From NCBI GenBank assembly GCA_003212615.1, contig QCPG01000001.1, positions 10,597 through 74,596 of the forward strand: DNA of 64,000 nucleotides, given 5' to 3'. Numbering within the stretch: position 1 is the first letter of the stretch; each line of letters opens with the position of its first letter. Below are positions 19,855 through 29,475 of the stretch, piece by piece. A model generated the notes under the pieces. It was given only the letters and a program-made list of their open reading frames with translations. It made no database searches and was not told where the DNA came from. Origin of the DNA: Prochlorococcus sp. AG-436-E22. Its GTDB lineage: Bacteria; Cyanobacteriota; Cyanobacteriia; PCC-6307; Cyanobiaceae. A program made the translations under genes and the position numbers.

Positions 19855-20772
19855 ATGAAATTATTTAATCTTGAACTAATAACAAATAAAAGAAAGATAA
19901 TTGGTTTTTCAACATTTCTTATTTTGTTGAGTCTTATAGGAATTTTATATTCTACTTTTAATACTTCATACAAAAAACCTATTAATCTAGGAATGGATTT
20001 TGTAGGTGGTAATGAATTAAGAATAGAAAGAGTTTGTGACGAGGAATGTTCTGATATTTCACCTGATTCAGTATTAGAAAATTTAAGAGTGGTTTCTAAA
20101 AATAAAAATCTTTCAAATAATATTAAATTACAATTCCAAAATAATAATAAATTAATATCAATAAGAACACCTTATTTGACTATTGAAGAATCAAATAATC
20201 TTATTACTAATATTGAGAACATAATTGGGCCACTAAATTATGAGAGTAAAAACTCAAGATTAATAGGACCAAAGCTAGGAAAAAGATTACTTACTAATTG
20301 TGTTACTTCTTTGTTCGTCGCCTTATTTGCAATATCCTTTTATATAACTATTAGATTTGATAAAAAATATGCATTATTTGCATTATTAGCTTTATTCCAT
20401 GATTTATTAATAGTATTTGGTATTTTTTCTTGGTTAGGAATTATTTTATCTGTTGAGGTAAATAGTTTATTTGCAGTATCGTTGTTAACTATTGCAGGTT
20501 ATTCAGTAAATGATACCGTTGTGATTTTTGATAGGATACGTGAAAATTTAAGATCAAATAATCAAGGTCATAATGAAACTATTCAATTATCAGTTAATGA
20601 ATCTTTTAGGAGAACAACTTTTACTAGTATTACCACGCTAATTCCTTTATTAACTATAATTTTGTTTGGTTCTTATTCACTATTTTGGTTTTCTGTTTCC
20701 TTATCATTTGGAATTATAGTTGGAAGTTATTCAAGTATTTTATTGGCTCCATCTTTTTTGATTAAAGATTAA
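19855..20772 (+). CDS. secF: Protein translocase subunit SecF (ATG 19855 preferred over TTG 19828)
   Basis: LGMDFVGG, HD in TM, GYSVNDTVVIFDRIREN, GSYSS. Confidence 0.95.
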   Translation: MKLFNLELITNKRKIIGFSTFLILLSLIGILYSTFNTSYKKPINLGMDFVGGNELRIERVCDEECSDISPDSVLENLRVVSKNKNLSNNIKLQFQNNNKLISIRTPYLTIEESNNLITNIENIIGPLNYESKNSRLIGPKLGKRLLTNCVTSLFVALFAISFYITIRFDKKYALFALLALFHDLLIVFGIFSWLGIILSVEVNSLFAVSLLTIAGYSVNDTVVIFDRIRENLRSNNQGHNETIQLSVNESFRRTTFTSITTLIPLLTIILFGSYSLFWFSVSLSFGIIVGSYSSILLAPSFLIKD

Positions 20773-20790
20773 GCTGATGCCTCTAACTTT

Positions 20791-20973
20791 ATGAAATTGA
20801 ATTACTATTTAATACTTTTATTCTCTTTAGTTTTAATTGATCTTTCTACTGAGTTAAGGATATTATTCGATCATTTTACTTTTAATTCATTATATTTTGC
20901 TTTCGCTAAACATCCTTTAGCTTTTTATATACTTTTTTCCTATCCATATTTATATAAAAAACTAAATAAGTAA
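20791..20973 (+). CDS. Small hydrophobic hypothetical protein (60 aa)
   Basis: ATG 18 nt after secF stop; ELRILFDHFT and HPLA segments; fills the gap to a convergent gene. Confidence 0.6.
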   Translation: MKLNYYLILLFSLVLIDLSTELRILFDHFTFNSLYFAFAKHPLAFYILFSYPYLYKKLNK

Positions 20974-20977
20974 TTTT

Positions 20978-22021
20978 TTAAATATCTTTAATTGATTCTT
21001 TGATTAAAACCTGAATTACTACAGCTAGAGGAAGAGATAAGATTAGCCCTAATGGACCAAAAATAAAGGTAAAACCAAATTGAGAGATTAATGTTAAACC
21101 AGGAAGTAAATTTGCTTTTTTCTTCATTATAGATGGCATTATTATATAGCTTTCAATATTTTGAATAATTACATATGCTCCTAATACTGCTAAAGGTTTC
21201 CAAAAATTATCTAGTAGCGCAATTGAAATTGGAAATATACCACTAATAACTGGACCTATATTTGGAATTATATTTAATACCATTGCTATTAAAGCATTAG
21301 ATAAAACATACTTTACATCTAATATTGATAAAACTATTAAAGATAATATACCAACTGATAATGAGCTTATGACCATAGAAAAGGCCCAGTTTGCTAATGC
21401 AATATTGCATTTATCAAGAATAATTCTAGATTTATTGCGATAATTTTTAGGGATTAATAGAAGTATATTTTCTTTATATTGTTTTGGTTCAATAGATATC
21501 ATCAAACTAACTACTAATACGAAAATTAATTTTAAAAGACCTGATCCCAAATTCCCCGCTATATTAATTAAGTTCTTAAAGCTTTCTTGAATAGCTTTAG
21601 CAATAGTTGCAGCGTCTGGAATGGTAACTACATTATTTATTAGATTAAATATGTCTATAACATTGTCTGATTCTTCACCATAAATTAAGCTATTAAATTT
21701 GTTCAGATGTGTATTAAGTAAGATATTTATTTTAGATAAACCATTTGGAATATCAATTAGTATTTCATTGAATTCTTTTACAAAGGGAGGCAAGACAATA
21801 ATAAAAATAGTAAAAATTATTATCGATATAACTGTTAATACAAAAAACAAAGATAGAGCGCGGGGAATTTTCACCCCTTTTTGTATTTTATTACATAAAT
21901 TACATACAATATTTGAAATTACTAAAGAGCAAATAATTAAAAGTAGGAAATCTCTTAATGTCCATATTATTAAAGATGATAATAAGATTACTGCTAACTT
22001 GAAATATGATGAACTACTCAA
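20978..22021 (-). CDS. AI-2E family transporter
   Basis: IPNIGP, IQNIESYIIMP, FGPLGLILSLPL. Confidence 0.88.
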   Translation of the reverse strand: MSSSSYFKLAVILLSSLIIWTLRDFLLLIICSLVISNIVCNLCNKIQKGVKIPRALSLFFVLTVISIIIFTIFIIVLPPFVKEFNEILIDIPNGLSKINILLNTHLNKFNSLIYGEESDNVIDIFNLINNVVTIPDAATIAKAIQESFKNLINIAGNLGSGLLKLIFVLVVSLMISIEPKQYKENILLLIPKNYRNKSRIILDKCNIALANWAFSMVISSLSVGILSLIVLSILDVKYVLSNALIAMVLNIIPNIGPVISGIFPISIALLDNFWKPLAVLGAYVIIQNIESYIIMPSIMKKKANLLPGLTLISQFGFTFIFGPLGLILSLPLAVVIQVLIKESIKDI

Positions 22022-22034
22022 TTTAGATAATATT

Positions 22035-22397
22035 CTACTTCTTCTCAGAATATCCTAATCCATTTGATTTAGCATAAGTTTTTGCAAATCTCATGAATCT
22101 ATCAAAGTCTAAAGTGTTCTTCCAAATATAAACTGCTTCTAAAAATATGGGTTCTCCATCGACAAACCTTACTTTGACTTCCCTAGTTAATATCTCACCT
22201 TCAGTATCAATCATACGCATACCTGTGATTTCACCCTCTGTAATTGAAGATAATGCCTGAGGTCTCTCGAACAAAAATAATGCTTGACCATTAGTACCAT
22301 CTTTATTCCTAGTAAGCCTTATCTCAGGAACCACTGGTTCATCAGTCCCTTCATAAAATTGTATTTTTGCAAGTTTATTTGCTGTCATAATGTTCAA
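22035..22397 (-). CDS. psb28: Photosystem II assembly protein Psb28
   Basis: [42 protein letters not shown]. Confidence 0.96.
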   Translation of the reverse strand: MNIMTANKLAKIQFYEGTDEPVVPEIRLTRNKDGTNGQALFLFERPQALSSITEGEITGMRMIDTEGEILTREVKVRFVDGEPIFLEAVYIWKNTLDFDRFMRFAKTYAKSNGLGYSEKK

Positions 22398-22448
22398 TTT
22401 ATAATTTTATATCTTAGGAAATATTTTTCACATTCGTTTATAAATATT

Positions 22449-23474
22449 TTATAAAACATTATTTATTAAATCTAGGATATTTTCATCATATTTTTTGTTG
22501 GTTAAATCTAATAACTTTATATTTTCTTTGCTAACCTTTTCATATTCATAACACCTATCGTAATAATCCAAAACTGATTTGCAAACCAAGTCCCATTTCT
22601 CCATATCAATTGAATCAAGAGCTATTTTTGTTCTCTGCGGTCCTAATCTTTTTTTTATCCTTAGTACACATTCCTTGAGTTCTTCTTTCTTAAATACACT
22701 ATAAGTATTTATCAACTCATCTAACCTGTTTGATTCGCTCCTTAAAATCTCAATTCGCCTTGAAGTTTTCATCTGATTGAAGAATTCATGAGGTATTTTG
22801 CATTTACCAATATTTGCACTTTCAGCTTCTACAAAAATATTATGAATGCAGTTAAAGGAATACAATTTTTCAGCAATTCTATTTTCAAATTGTTCGTTGG
22901 AGGGTTGTCCCTTCATCCCTAAACCACCAAATGTACTACCTCTATGACAAGCAAATCCTTCAAGATCTATAGTTTGATATTTATATTTTTCTAGTAATGA
23001 CAATAACCTTGTTTTCCCAGTTCCTGTTTTCCCCCCAATAATTACGATATTCCACTTTTTTGAGAAACTATCTAATATCCATCTTCTATATGTTTTGTAT
23101 CCTCCTTTTAGAGTAATGGGAGTAAATTTATATTTTTCTAGTAACCATGCAATACTTTGTGATCGCATTCCCCCTCTAGAACAATATACTCTGATTGATA
23201 ATTCATTATTTTTATTAGAGTCAATATTCTTAAATAAATTATCAAGAAGTGGTTCAATTTTTTTTTCAAAAAATTTTAATCCCTCTATTACGGCTTTTTC
23301 TCTACCTTTTTTTTTATAAATTGTCCCAATTATTGCTCTCTCCTCATTGTCAAATATTGGAATGTTAATAGAATTAGGCATATTTCCTTTATAATATTCA
23401 CTCGGGCTCCTAACATCTATAAGTGGTCCTTTAAAACATCTAAATTTCTCTAGCTCTTTTCTTTTGAAATTCAT
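22449..23474 (-). CDS. mnmH: tRNA 2-selenouridine(34) synthase MnmH/SelU
   Basis: Rhodanese DVRSPSEY and YCSRGGMRS; P-loop GGKTGTGKT; DLEG.A.HRGS.FG; EAES. Confidence 0.92.
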   Translation of the reverse strand: MNFKRKELEKFRCFKGPLIDVRSPSEYYKGNMPNSINIPIFDNEERAIIGTIYKKKGREKAVIEGLKFFEKKIEPLLDNLFKNIDSNKNNELSIRVYCSRGGMRSQSIAWLLEKYKFTPITLKGGYKTYRRWILDSFSKKWNIVIIGGKTGTGKTRLLSLLEKYKYQTIDLEGFACHRGSTFGGLGMKGQPSNEQFENRIAEKLYSFNCIHNIFVEAESANIGKCKIPHEFFNQMKTSRRIEILRSESNRLDELINTYSVFKKEELKECVLRIKKRLGPQRTKIALDSIDMEKWDLVCKSVLDYYDRCYEYEKVSKENIKLLDLTNKKYDENILDLINNVL

Positions 23475-23508
23475 GGATGGTTTTTATTTTTAGGTTAATT
23501 TATTTAAA

Positions 23509-24228
23509 ATGACAATCAAAGAACAAGATAACTATAGTAATGCTACATTAGATCTTATTAATAAATTTGTAGACTCTAATCAAAGAAAAAGAATAAATTT
23601 ATTAACTAAAATAGAATCCGAATTCGAAAATATTTTTAAACTTGGACCTACCTTGTTTGAAATCTTTGATAGAGATGGAGATGACTGGGCTGCTGGTTGG
23701 TTATTGCAGGTCTTAAAAAAATATAAACCTGATTTCTTTGAAAATAATAAATTTAATAATTGGTTTAATACTTATTCAGATATTGATATTAATTATGAAG
23801 AATTGCAAATGATGTTAGTTGAGCAAAAATTTGAAGAGGCTGATAGATTAACAAGTTCATTCCTTCGAAAGTTAGCGGGAAAACTAGCTGAAAAACGTGG
23901 ATATGTTTTCTACAGTGAGGTTAAGAATATGTCAGGTATAGATCTACAAACAATTGATAGATTATGGACTATTTATTCTACTGGTAGATTCGGCTTTTCA
24001 ATTCAAGCAAAGATTTTAAAATCAGTAGGGAAAAAATATGAATTATTGTGGCCTAAAATAGGCTGGAAAAAAGAGGGTTTATGGACAAGATATCCTACAT
24101 CTTTTTGTTGGTCATTGAAGGCCCCTGATGGACATATGCCTTTAATAAATCAACTAAGAGGAGTAAGACTTATGGACTCAATCCTCAGGCATCCTTCTAT
24201 AGCTGATAGACACAACAACATTCTTTGA
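23509..24228 (+). CDS. GUN4-domain protein (Ycf53)
   Basis: DLQTIDRLW..YS.GRFGFS.Q, APDGHMPL.NQLRG. Confidence 0.9.
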   Translation: MTIKEQDNYSNATLDLINKFVDSNQRKRINLLTKIESEFENIFKLGPTLFEIFDRDGDDWAAGWLLQVLKKYKPDFFENNKFNNWFNTYSDIDINYEELQMMLVEQKFEEADRLTSSFLRKLAGKLAEKRGYVFYSEVKNMSGIDLQTIDRLWTIYSTGRFGFSIQAKILKSVGKKYELLWPKIGWKKEGLWTRYPTSFCWSLKAPDGHMPLINQLRGVRLMDSILRHPSIADRHNNIL

Positions 24229-24277
24229 TATAGAGGTATTTAATAAGTTAAAATTTAGTTAGTGTAGAAATATTATT

Positions 24278-24709
24278 ATGTCCTTATTGCAGGGCAAAAA
24301 TATTTTAAAAATTTTTAAGAGGCCAAGTATTAACTGGTCAAATTACGAATTTAAATCTTCATTACAATTAAATGAATTTGTTGATCAATTATTAGAACCA
24401 ATAAAAAAATCTCAATCAACCTATCTCATCAAACTGGGCTTACATGAAGCTCTTGTTAACGCAGTAAAACATGGAAATAAATTAGATCCCAAAAAAATTA
24501 TTAGAGTAAGAAGAATAATTACGCCTAATTGGTGTGTCTGGCAAATACAGGACCAGGGTAATGGTTTAGAAATAAAAAAAAGAAACTACAAATTACCAAA
24601 AAAACTAAATAGTGTAAATGGCCGCGGCTTGTACATTATTAATGAATGTTTTGATGACATTAGATGGAACAGTAAAGGTAATAGGCTTCAGTTGGCTTTA
24701 AAAAGGTGA
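24278..24709 (+). CDS. Anti-sigma regulatory factor / RsbW-like Ser/Thr kinase (PmgA-like)
   Basis: GHKL motifs LGLHEALVNAVKHGN, DQGNG, GRGLYII. Confidence 0.85.
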   Translation: MSLLQGKNILKIFKRPSINWSNYEFKSSLQLNEFVDQLLEPIKKSQSTYLIKLGLHEALVNAVKHGNKLDPKKIIRVRRIITPNWCVWQIQDQGNGLEIKKRNYKLPKKLNSVNGRGLYIINECFDDIRWNSKGNRLQLALKR

Positions 24710-24951
24710 TTTTTACCTGGACAAGGTTGATCGGTATTAACTTCTTTTAACCATTTAATACTTTCCTCCATATATTCAATGGTATCTTTCTCATTACAAG
24801 AAATAATTAATTGGCATAACCCTGCTGAAATAAGTTCTGCAGATCTTTTATATTTATTTCCTTTATCTTTATGCCATTTTGAATGATCAATTGTTAACTT
24901 TCCATTAAGACATTGAACAAGCTTAATAGTTTCTTTATCCCAATAGTCCAT
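24688..24951 (-). CDS. Conserved cyanobacterial hypothetical protein (DUF6439-like)
   Basis: WH..K.N..R.AE, W L...D..CP pattern; convergent overlap with the RsbW-like gene. Confidence 0.7.
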   Translation of the reverse strand: MDYWDKETIKLVQCLNGKLTIDHSKWHKDKGNKYKRSAELISAGLCQLIISCNEKDTIEYMEESIKWLKEVNTDQPCPGKNHLFKAN

Positions 24952-24963
24952 AGAAGTTTTTTT

Positions 24964-26019
24964 TTACTTTACAGCAGACCATACTTTGGTCATAAAAAAG
25001 GAATTTGATTTCACATTTTTAAAGCCTACTTCGTCAAGTTTAGAATTTATATCCTCATTTATGTAATCACAATAGAAAGGCTCATGAAAATTTTTATAGA
25101 AATTTTCCATAATGGATGTAAAGTCTGGTGAATCACTTATTTGAATCGAATCAGCTAATACTAATATTCCACCGGGCTCAAGAACCCTATAAAATTCATT
25201 TAATACTTTAGCTCTTATTGTTCTTGGTAATTCATGAAATAAATAAACACAAGAAATGCATTGAAAGCTATTATTTTCAAAAGGTAATTCTTCAGCATTT
25301 CCTTTTATTAACTGAATTAAATCTCCATCTAAATCTGAAATATATCTACTTGCCTCTTTTAAGTATGAATCAGATAAATCAATTCCTGTAATTTCTTCTT
25401 TAGGAAATGCTGCTCTTAATTGTTTTAATGTTCTTCCTGATCCTGTAGCAACATCAAGTATTTTTATAGAACTTTTTTTTCTATCGCTAAAAATTTCAAG
25501 ACCTTTTTTTATTGGCTTAATTATTCTTCTCCTCATTGAGTCAGCACTTCCATTAAAAAGTATCTCAACTTGTAGGTCATAAATGCTAGCTGAAAAATCT
25601 GATAAATAACCATCTGTTTGATGATGAAAATTTCTCAAGTAATATTGAGGATAATTATCTTTATCAATTGATTTTGGAAGATCATCAAAGTTTTGTTTTC
25701 TGCGTCTATCCCATGTATTAGGCATATCGAGCCAAATTTTAGGATATTGAGTTAGATATCTAAGCCATGGCTCGTCAAACAATAATTTTTTTGGATATAT
25801 ATTTTTTTCTGCATCATTCCAATCCTCTTCTCTTAAGATATCCATTGAATTTTGGATTTGCATTAGTAGATCCTTATCTATATCAAAATTTTCAAGCTTT
25901 GAATCGGGAAGAATAAAATTCATTAATCTTGAACTGATATGCTTGTGAGCGAAACCTGCAATGCTTTTACTTTGTTGAAGCGTTTTATATGCAATTTTTG
26001 AAATAGATTCCCTAGCCAT
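24964..26019 (-). CDS. Class I SAM-dependent methyltransferase
   Basis: YYLRNFHHQTDGYLS, ILDVATGSG, LFHELP, LEPGG. Confidence 0.88.
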   Translation of the reverse strand: MARESISKIAYKTLQQSKSIAGFAHKHISSRLMNFILPDSKLENFDIDKDLLMQIQNSMDILREEDWNDAEKNIYPKKLLFDEPWLRYLTQYPKIWLDMPNTWDRRRKQNFDDLPKSIDKDNYPQYYLRNFHHQTDGYLSDFSASIYDLQVEILFNGSADSMRRRIIKPIKKGLEIFSDRKKSSIKILDVATGSGRTLKQLRAAFPKEEITGIDLSDSYLKEASRYISDLDGDLIQLIKGNAEELPFENNSFQCISCVYLFHELPRTIRAKVLNEFYRVLEPGGILVLADSIQISDSPDFTSIMENFYKNFHEPFYCDYINEDINSKLDEVGFKNVKSNSFFMTKVWSAVK

Positions 26020-26047
26020 TTTTTAATTTGTATATCTATATTCCAAC

Positions 26048-26096
26048 AAAAAAAAAATCAATTTGAGAATATTTTGTGATATTTCTCAAATTGATT
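26048..26096 (-). terminator. Rho-independent terminator downstream of glnA
   Basis: Perfect 14-bp inverted repeat AATCAATTTGAGAA (26056-26069) / TTCTCAAATTGATT (26083-26096), followed on the minus strand by a T run (A10 at 26048-26057 on plus). Confidence 0.8.
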
Positions 26097-26121
26097 AATT
26101 TAAACTAATGTGTTCTTTTAA

Positions 26122-27543
26122 TTATGCATCGTAATACATGAAAAATTCATGTGGATGAGGCCTTTGTCTTAGTTGTTGTACCTCTTCGTATTTTATATCG
26201 ATAAAGTTATCAATAAAATCTTCAGTAAATACTCCACCAGCTAATAGATAATCCTTATCTGCTTTTAGCGCATTAAGTGAGTCATTTAGAGATGAAGGTA
26301 CTGTATCAATTTTTGCAAGTTCATCGGCAGGAAGTTCAAATAAATCTACATCTACTCCATCACCAGGATCAATTTGATTTTTAATTCCATCAATACCAGC
26401 AAGCATCATTACAGAAAATGCTAAGTAAGGATTTGCAAGTGCGTCACCTGATCTGAATTCTAATCTTTTAGCTTTAGGGCTTGGACCAGTTAAAGGTATT
26501 CTTACTGCAGCTGATCTATTACCCTCAGAATAAACTAGATTTACAGGGGCTTCGAAACCAGGAACCAATCGTTTATAACTATTTGTAGTTGGGTTAGTAA
26601 ATGCTAAGAATGATGGAGCATGTTTAAGTATGCCTCCGATGTACCATCGTGCTGTTTGAGATAAATTTGCATAGGCTCCTTCACCAAAAAATAGTGGCTG
26701 CCCACTCTTCCATAAACTTTGGTGAACATGCATTCCAGTCCCATTATCGTTAAATACAGGCTTGGGCATAAACGTTGCAGTTTTCCCATATTTTTTTGCA
26801 ACATTCCTGACAACGTATTTATAAGTCATTACGTTATCAGCAGAATTTATTAACGAATCGAATTTCATTCCAAGTTCGTGTTGACCGGCACCAGCAACTT
26901 CATGGTGATGCTTTTCTGTTGGGATGCCCAATTGACCCATTAAAAGTAGCATTTCAGATCTGATGTCTTGCGCAGTATCATTTGGAGAAACTGGGAAATA
27001 ACCCTCTTTGTATTGGATCTTATATCCTAAATTTCCACCTTCTTCAATCCTTCCTGTGTTCCATGGAGCCTCAATTGTATCTACACTATAAAAGCAGGAA
27101 CCTTCTTTTGAGTCGTATCTCACGTCATCAAATAAGAAGAATTCTGGTTCCGGTCCAAAAAATGCTGTATCAGCAATCCCAGTAGATTCTAAGTACTTTA
27201 AAGCCTTTTGAGCTAAAGATCTTGGGCATCTATCATAAGGCTCACCACTTCTAGGCTCTTGGATAGAGCAAATCATACTTAGAGTTTTATGTTTATAAAA
27301 AGGATCTATCCATGCTGTACTTGCATCAGGGACCATTGACATATCGGAGGCATTAATTGCTTTCCAACCTCTTATTGATGAACCATCAAATGCTAGACCT
27401 TCTGTAAATGAATCCTCTTCTATCATGTCTGATGTAAGAGTTAAATGTTGCCATTTACCATGGATGTCTGTAAATTTTAAATCGATGAGTTCAATTCCTT
27501 CGTCTTTAATTTGACTTAAAACATCTTGTGGAGACTTAGACAT
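26122..27543 (-). CDS. glnA: Type I glutamine synthetase (true start ATG 27543, MSKSPQ...)
   Basis: [57 protein letters not shown]; ORF-track start at 27600 falls inside the promoter. Confidence 0.98.
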   Translation of the reverse strand: MSKSPQDVLSQIKDEGIELIDLKFTDIHGKWQHLTLTSDMIEEDSFTEGLAFDGSSIRGWKAINASDMSMVPDASTAWIDPFYKHKTLSMICSIQEPRSGEPYDRCPRSLAQKALKYLESTGIADTAFFGPEPEFFLFDDVRYDSKEGSCFYSVDTIEAPWNTGRIEEGGNLGYKIQYKEGYFPVSPNDTAQDIRSEMLLLMGQLGIPTEKHHHEVAGAGQHELGMKFDSLINSADNVMTYKYVVRNVAKKYGKTATFMPKPVFNDNGTGMHVHQSLWKSGQPLFFGEGAYANLSQTARWYIGGILKHAPSFLAFTNPTTNSYKRLVPGFEAPVNLVYSEGNRSAAVRIPLTGPSPKAKRLEFRSGDALANPYLAFSVMMLAGIDGIKNQIDPGDGVDVDLFELPADELAKIDTVPSSLNDSLNALKADKDYLLAGGVFTEDFIDNFIDIKYEEVQQLRQRPHPHEFFMYYDA

Positions 27544-27565
27544 AACTTTTGAAATACCTTCTTTG

Positions 27566-27607
27566 AAATTAATAACTTGATGGTTCTTATTATGTATCAT
27601 CCGTAAC
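27566..27607 (-). promoter_or_regulatory. NtcA-activated promoter of glnA
   Basis: Minus strand GTTACGGATGATAC (27607-27594; near GTA-N8-TAC) followed after 22 nt by -10 element TAATTT (TA-N3-T). Confidence 0.8.
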
Positions 27608-27757
27608 TTTTTTCAACACTAGATGGCTTCTTTCAGTGTTTCAAGTCATAACTTTAATAATTATTTACTTAATTATTTAAATTGAATTAATTTCTATAAA
27701 AAAATATCGCTTAAGCGACGATATTAGTCTAATTTAAAAGTAATTGAATGTAATGCT

Positions 27758-28942
27758 TTGACAGAAGCAAAACTTATTCCGGCTTTAAATAAAGAGAATT
27801 TATCTCATTTTTCAAAGACTTATGTTCCCTCTAGACTTTTATTAGGACCTGGACCTTCAAATGCACATCCAGAAGTCTTAAGCGCTCTTTCTTTGAATCC
27901 TATCGGTCATTTAGATGAGGCATATATCTCATTGATGTCTGACGTACAGCAGCTTTTAAGGTATACCTGGCAGTGCAATAATCGTCTTACACTCCCAATG
28001 AGTGGCACTGGTAGTGCAGCCATGGAAGCTTCAATAGCTAATTTTATTGAAGAAGGCGAAAAAATTCTTATTGCTAAAAAAGGATATTTTGGAGATAGAT
28101 TAGTTGATATGGCAACTAGATATAAAGCTCAAGTTTCCGTTATTGAAAAACCATGGGGAGAGGCTTTTACTTATGAGGAAATTAAGTATGAAATAGAGAC
28201 TAAAAAACCAGCTATTTTTGCTATTGTCCATGCTGAAACATCAAGTGGTGTTTTACAACCACTTGATGGTATTGGTGATATATGTAGAAAAAATAACTGC
28301 TTGTTTTTAGTTGATGCAGTTACTTCACTTGGCGCTTTAGAATTATTGATAGACGAATGGAAAATTGATCTAGCATACAGTTGTAGTCAAAAGGGATTAA
28401 GTTGTCCCCCAGGATTAAGCCCTTTTACAATGAATAAAAGAGCTGAAGAAAAACTAAGTTCAAGAAAAACAAAAGTACCTAACTGGTATTTAGATTTATC
28501 TCTATTAAATAAATATTGGGGTTCTGATCGTGTTTACCATCATACTGCTCCTGTAAATATGAATTTTGCTATTCGTGAAGGTTTACGATTAATTGCGAAT
28601 GAGGGTTTAGAAAATGTTTGGAATAGACATAATACTAATGCAAAGAAACTGTGGAATGGTTTAGAAAGTCTTGGAATGGAATTACATGTATCTGAGGATT
28701 ATAGATTGCCAACTTTAACCACAGTTAAAATACCTCCAGCAGTTGATGGGGATAGTTTTAGAAATCATCTCTTAAGAAACTTTGGAATTGAAATAGGAAA
28801 TGGACTTGGAGAATTATCCGGTAAGGTCTGGCGTGTAGGGCTAATGGGTTTTAATTCATCTGAGGAGAATGTTGACAGATTATTAAACCTATTTGATACT
28901 GAGCTACAGAAATTTTCTATTTTTGAGTCCTCAACTTTTTGA
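27758..28942 (+). CDS. spt: Alanine:glyoxylate / serine:pyruvate aminotransferase (class V)
   Basis: LLLGPGPSN, GTGSAAMEA, VHAETSSGV, VDAVTSLG, PLP Lys in SCSQKGLSCPPG, YHHT. Confidence 0.92.
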   Translation: MTEAKLIPALNKENLSHFSKTYVPSRLLLGPGPSNAHPEVLSALSLNPIGHLDEAYISLMSDVQQLLRYTWQCNNRLTLPMSGTGSAAMEASIANFIEEGEKILIAKKGYFGDRLVDMATRYKAQVSVIEKPWGEAFTYEEIKYEIETKKPAIFAIVHAETSSGVLQPLDGIGDICRKNNCLFLVDAVTSLGALELLIDEWKIDLAYSCSQKGLSCPPGLSPFTMNKRAEEKLSSRKTKVPNWYLDLSLLNKYWGSDRVYHHTAPVNMNFAIREGLRLIANEGLENVWNRHNTNAKKLWNGLESLGMELHVSEDYRLPTLTTVKIPPAVDGDSFRNHLLRNFGIEIGNGLGELSGKVWRVGLMGFNSSEENVDRLLNLFDTELQKFSIFESSTF

Positions 28943-29432
28943 ACCAAATCTGTAAAATTTGAGAACATTCATCTTCTAGGATACCTCCAATTATTTCCAT
29001 TTTATGATGAGCACTTTCATGTTTTGATAGGTCAATTGAGCCACCCAATCCACCTCTTTTCTTATCATAAGCCCCGAAAATAACTTTACCCATCCGCGCT
29101 TGAATAAGAGCAGAGGAACACATAGTACAAGGTTCTAAATTTGTGATAATAGTACATTCATTAAATCTCCAATCATTTTTTATTAGAGATGCCTGCCTAA
29201 GTGCCATTATCTCAGCATGACCTAATGGGTCTTTATTTATATTCCTCCTGTTAACCCCTCTCCCGATACATCTTCCTCTCTCATCTAAAATTATAGAACA
29301 TATTGGTAGCTCAACTTTTCCAATTTCTTTGGATCTTCTTAATATCGAATTCATCCACAAAGTGTATTTTGAATTATTTGTTTTTTTTTGTTGATCTTCA
29401 TTACTATTTCCATTTTCAAAAATATATCTCAT
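28917..29432 (-). CDS. tadA: Nucleoside deaminase, tRNA adenosine(34) deaminase TadA-like
   Basis: HAEIMAL and NLEPCTMC zinc motifs. Confidence 0.85.
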   Translation of the reverse strand: MRYIFENGNSNEDQQKKTNNSKYTLWMNSILRRSKEIGKVELPICSIILDERGRCIGRGVNRRNINKDPLGHAEIMALRQASLIKNDWRFNECTIITNLEPCTMCSSALIQARMGKVIFGAYDKKRGGLGGSIDLSKHESAHHKMEIIGGILEDECSQILQIWFKKLRTQK

Positions 29433-29475
29433 TTAGCAATATTGAGAATAGAATTATTAATAGATATCTTATCTG

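Noticed and set aside
27544-27757. Glutamine riboswitch or sRNA in the glnA leader
   Set aside because: The predicted 5' UTR is very short and I could not identify the multi-stem motif; the spacer is explained by promoter elements.
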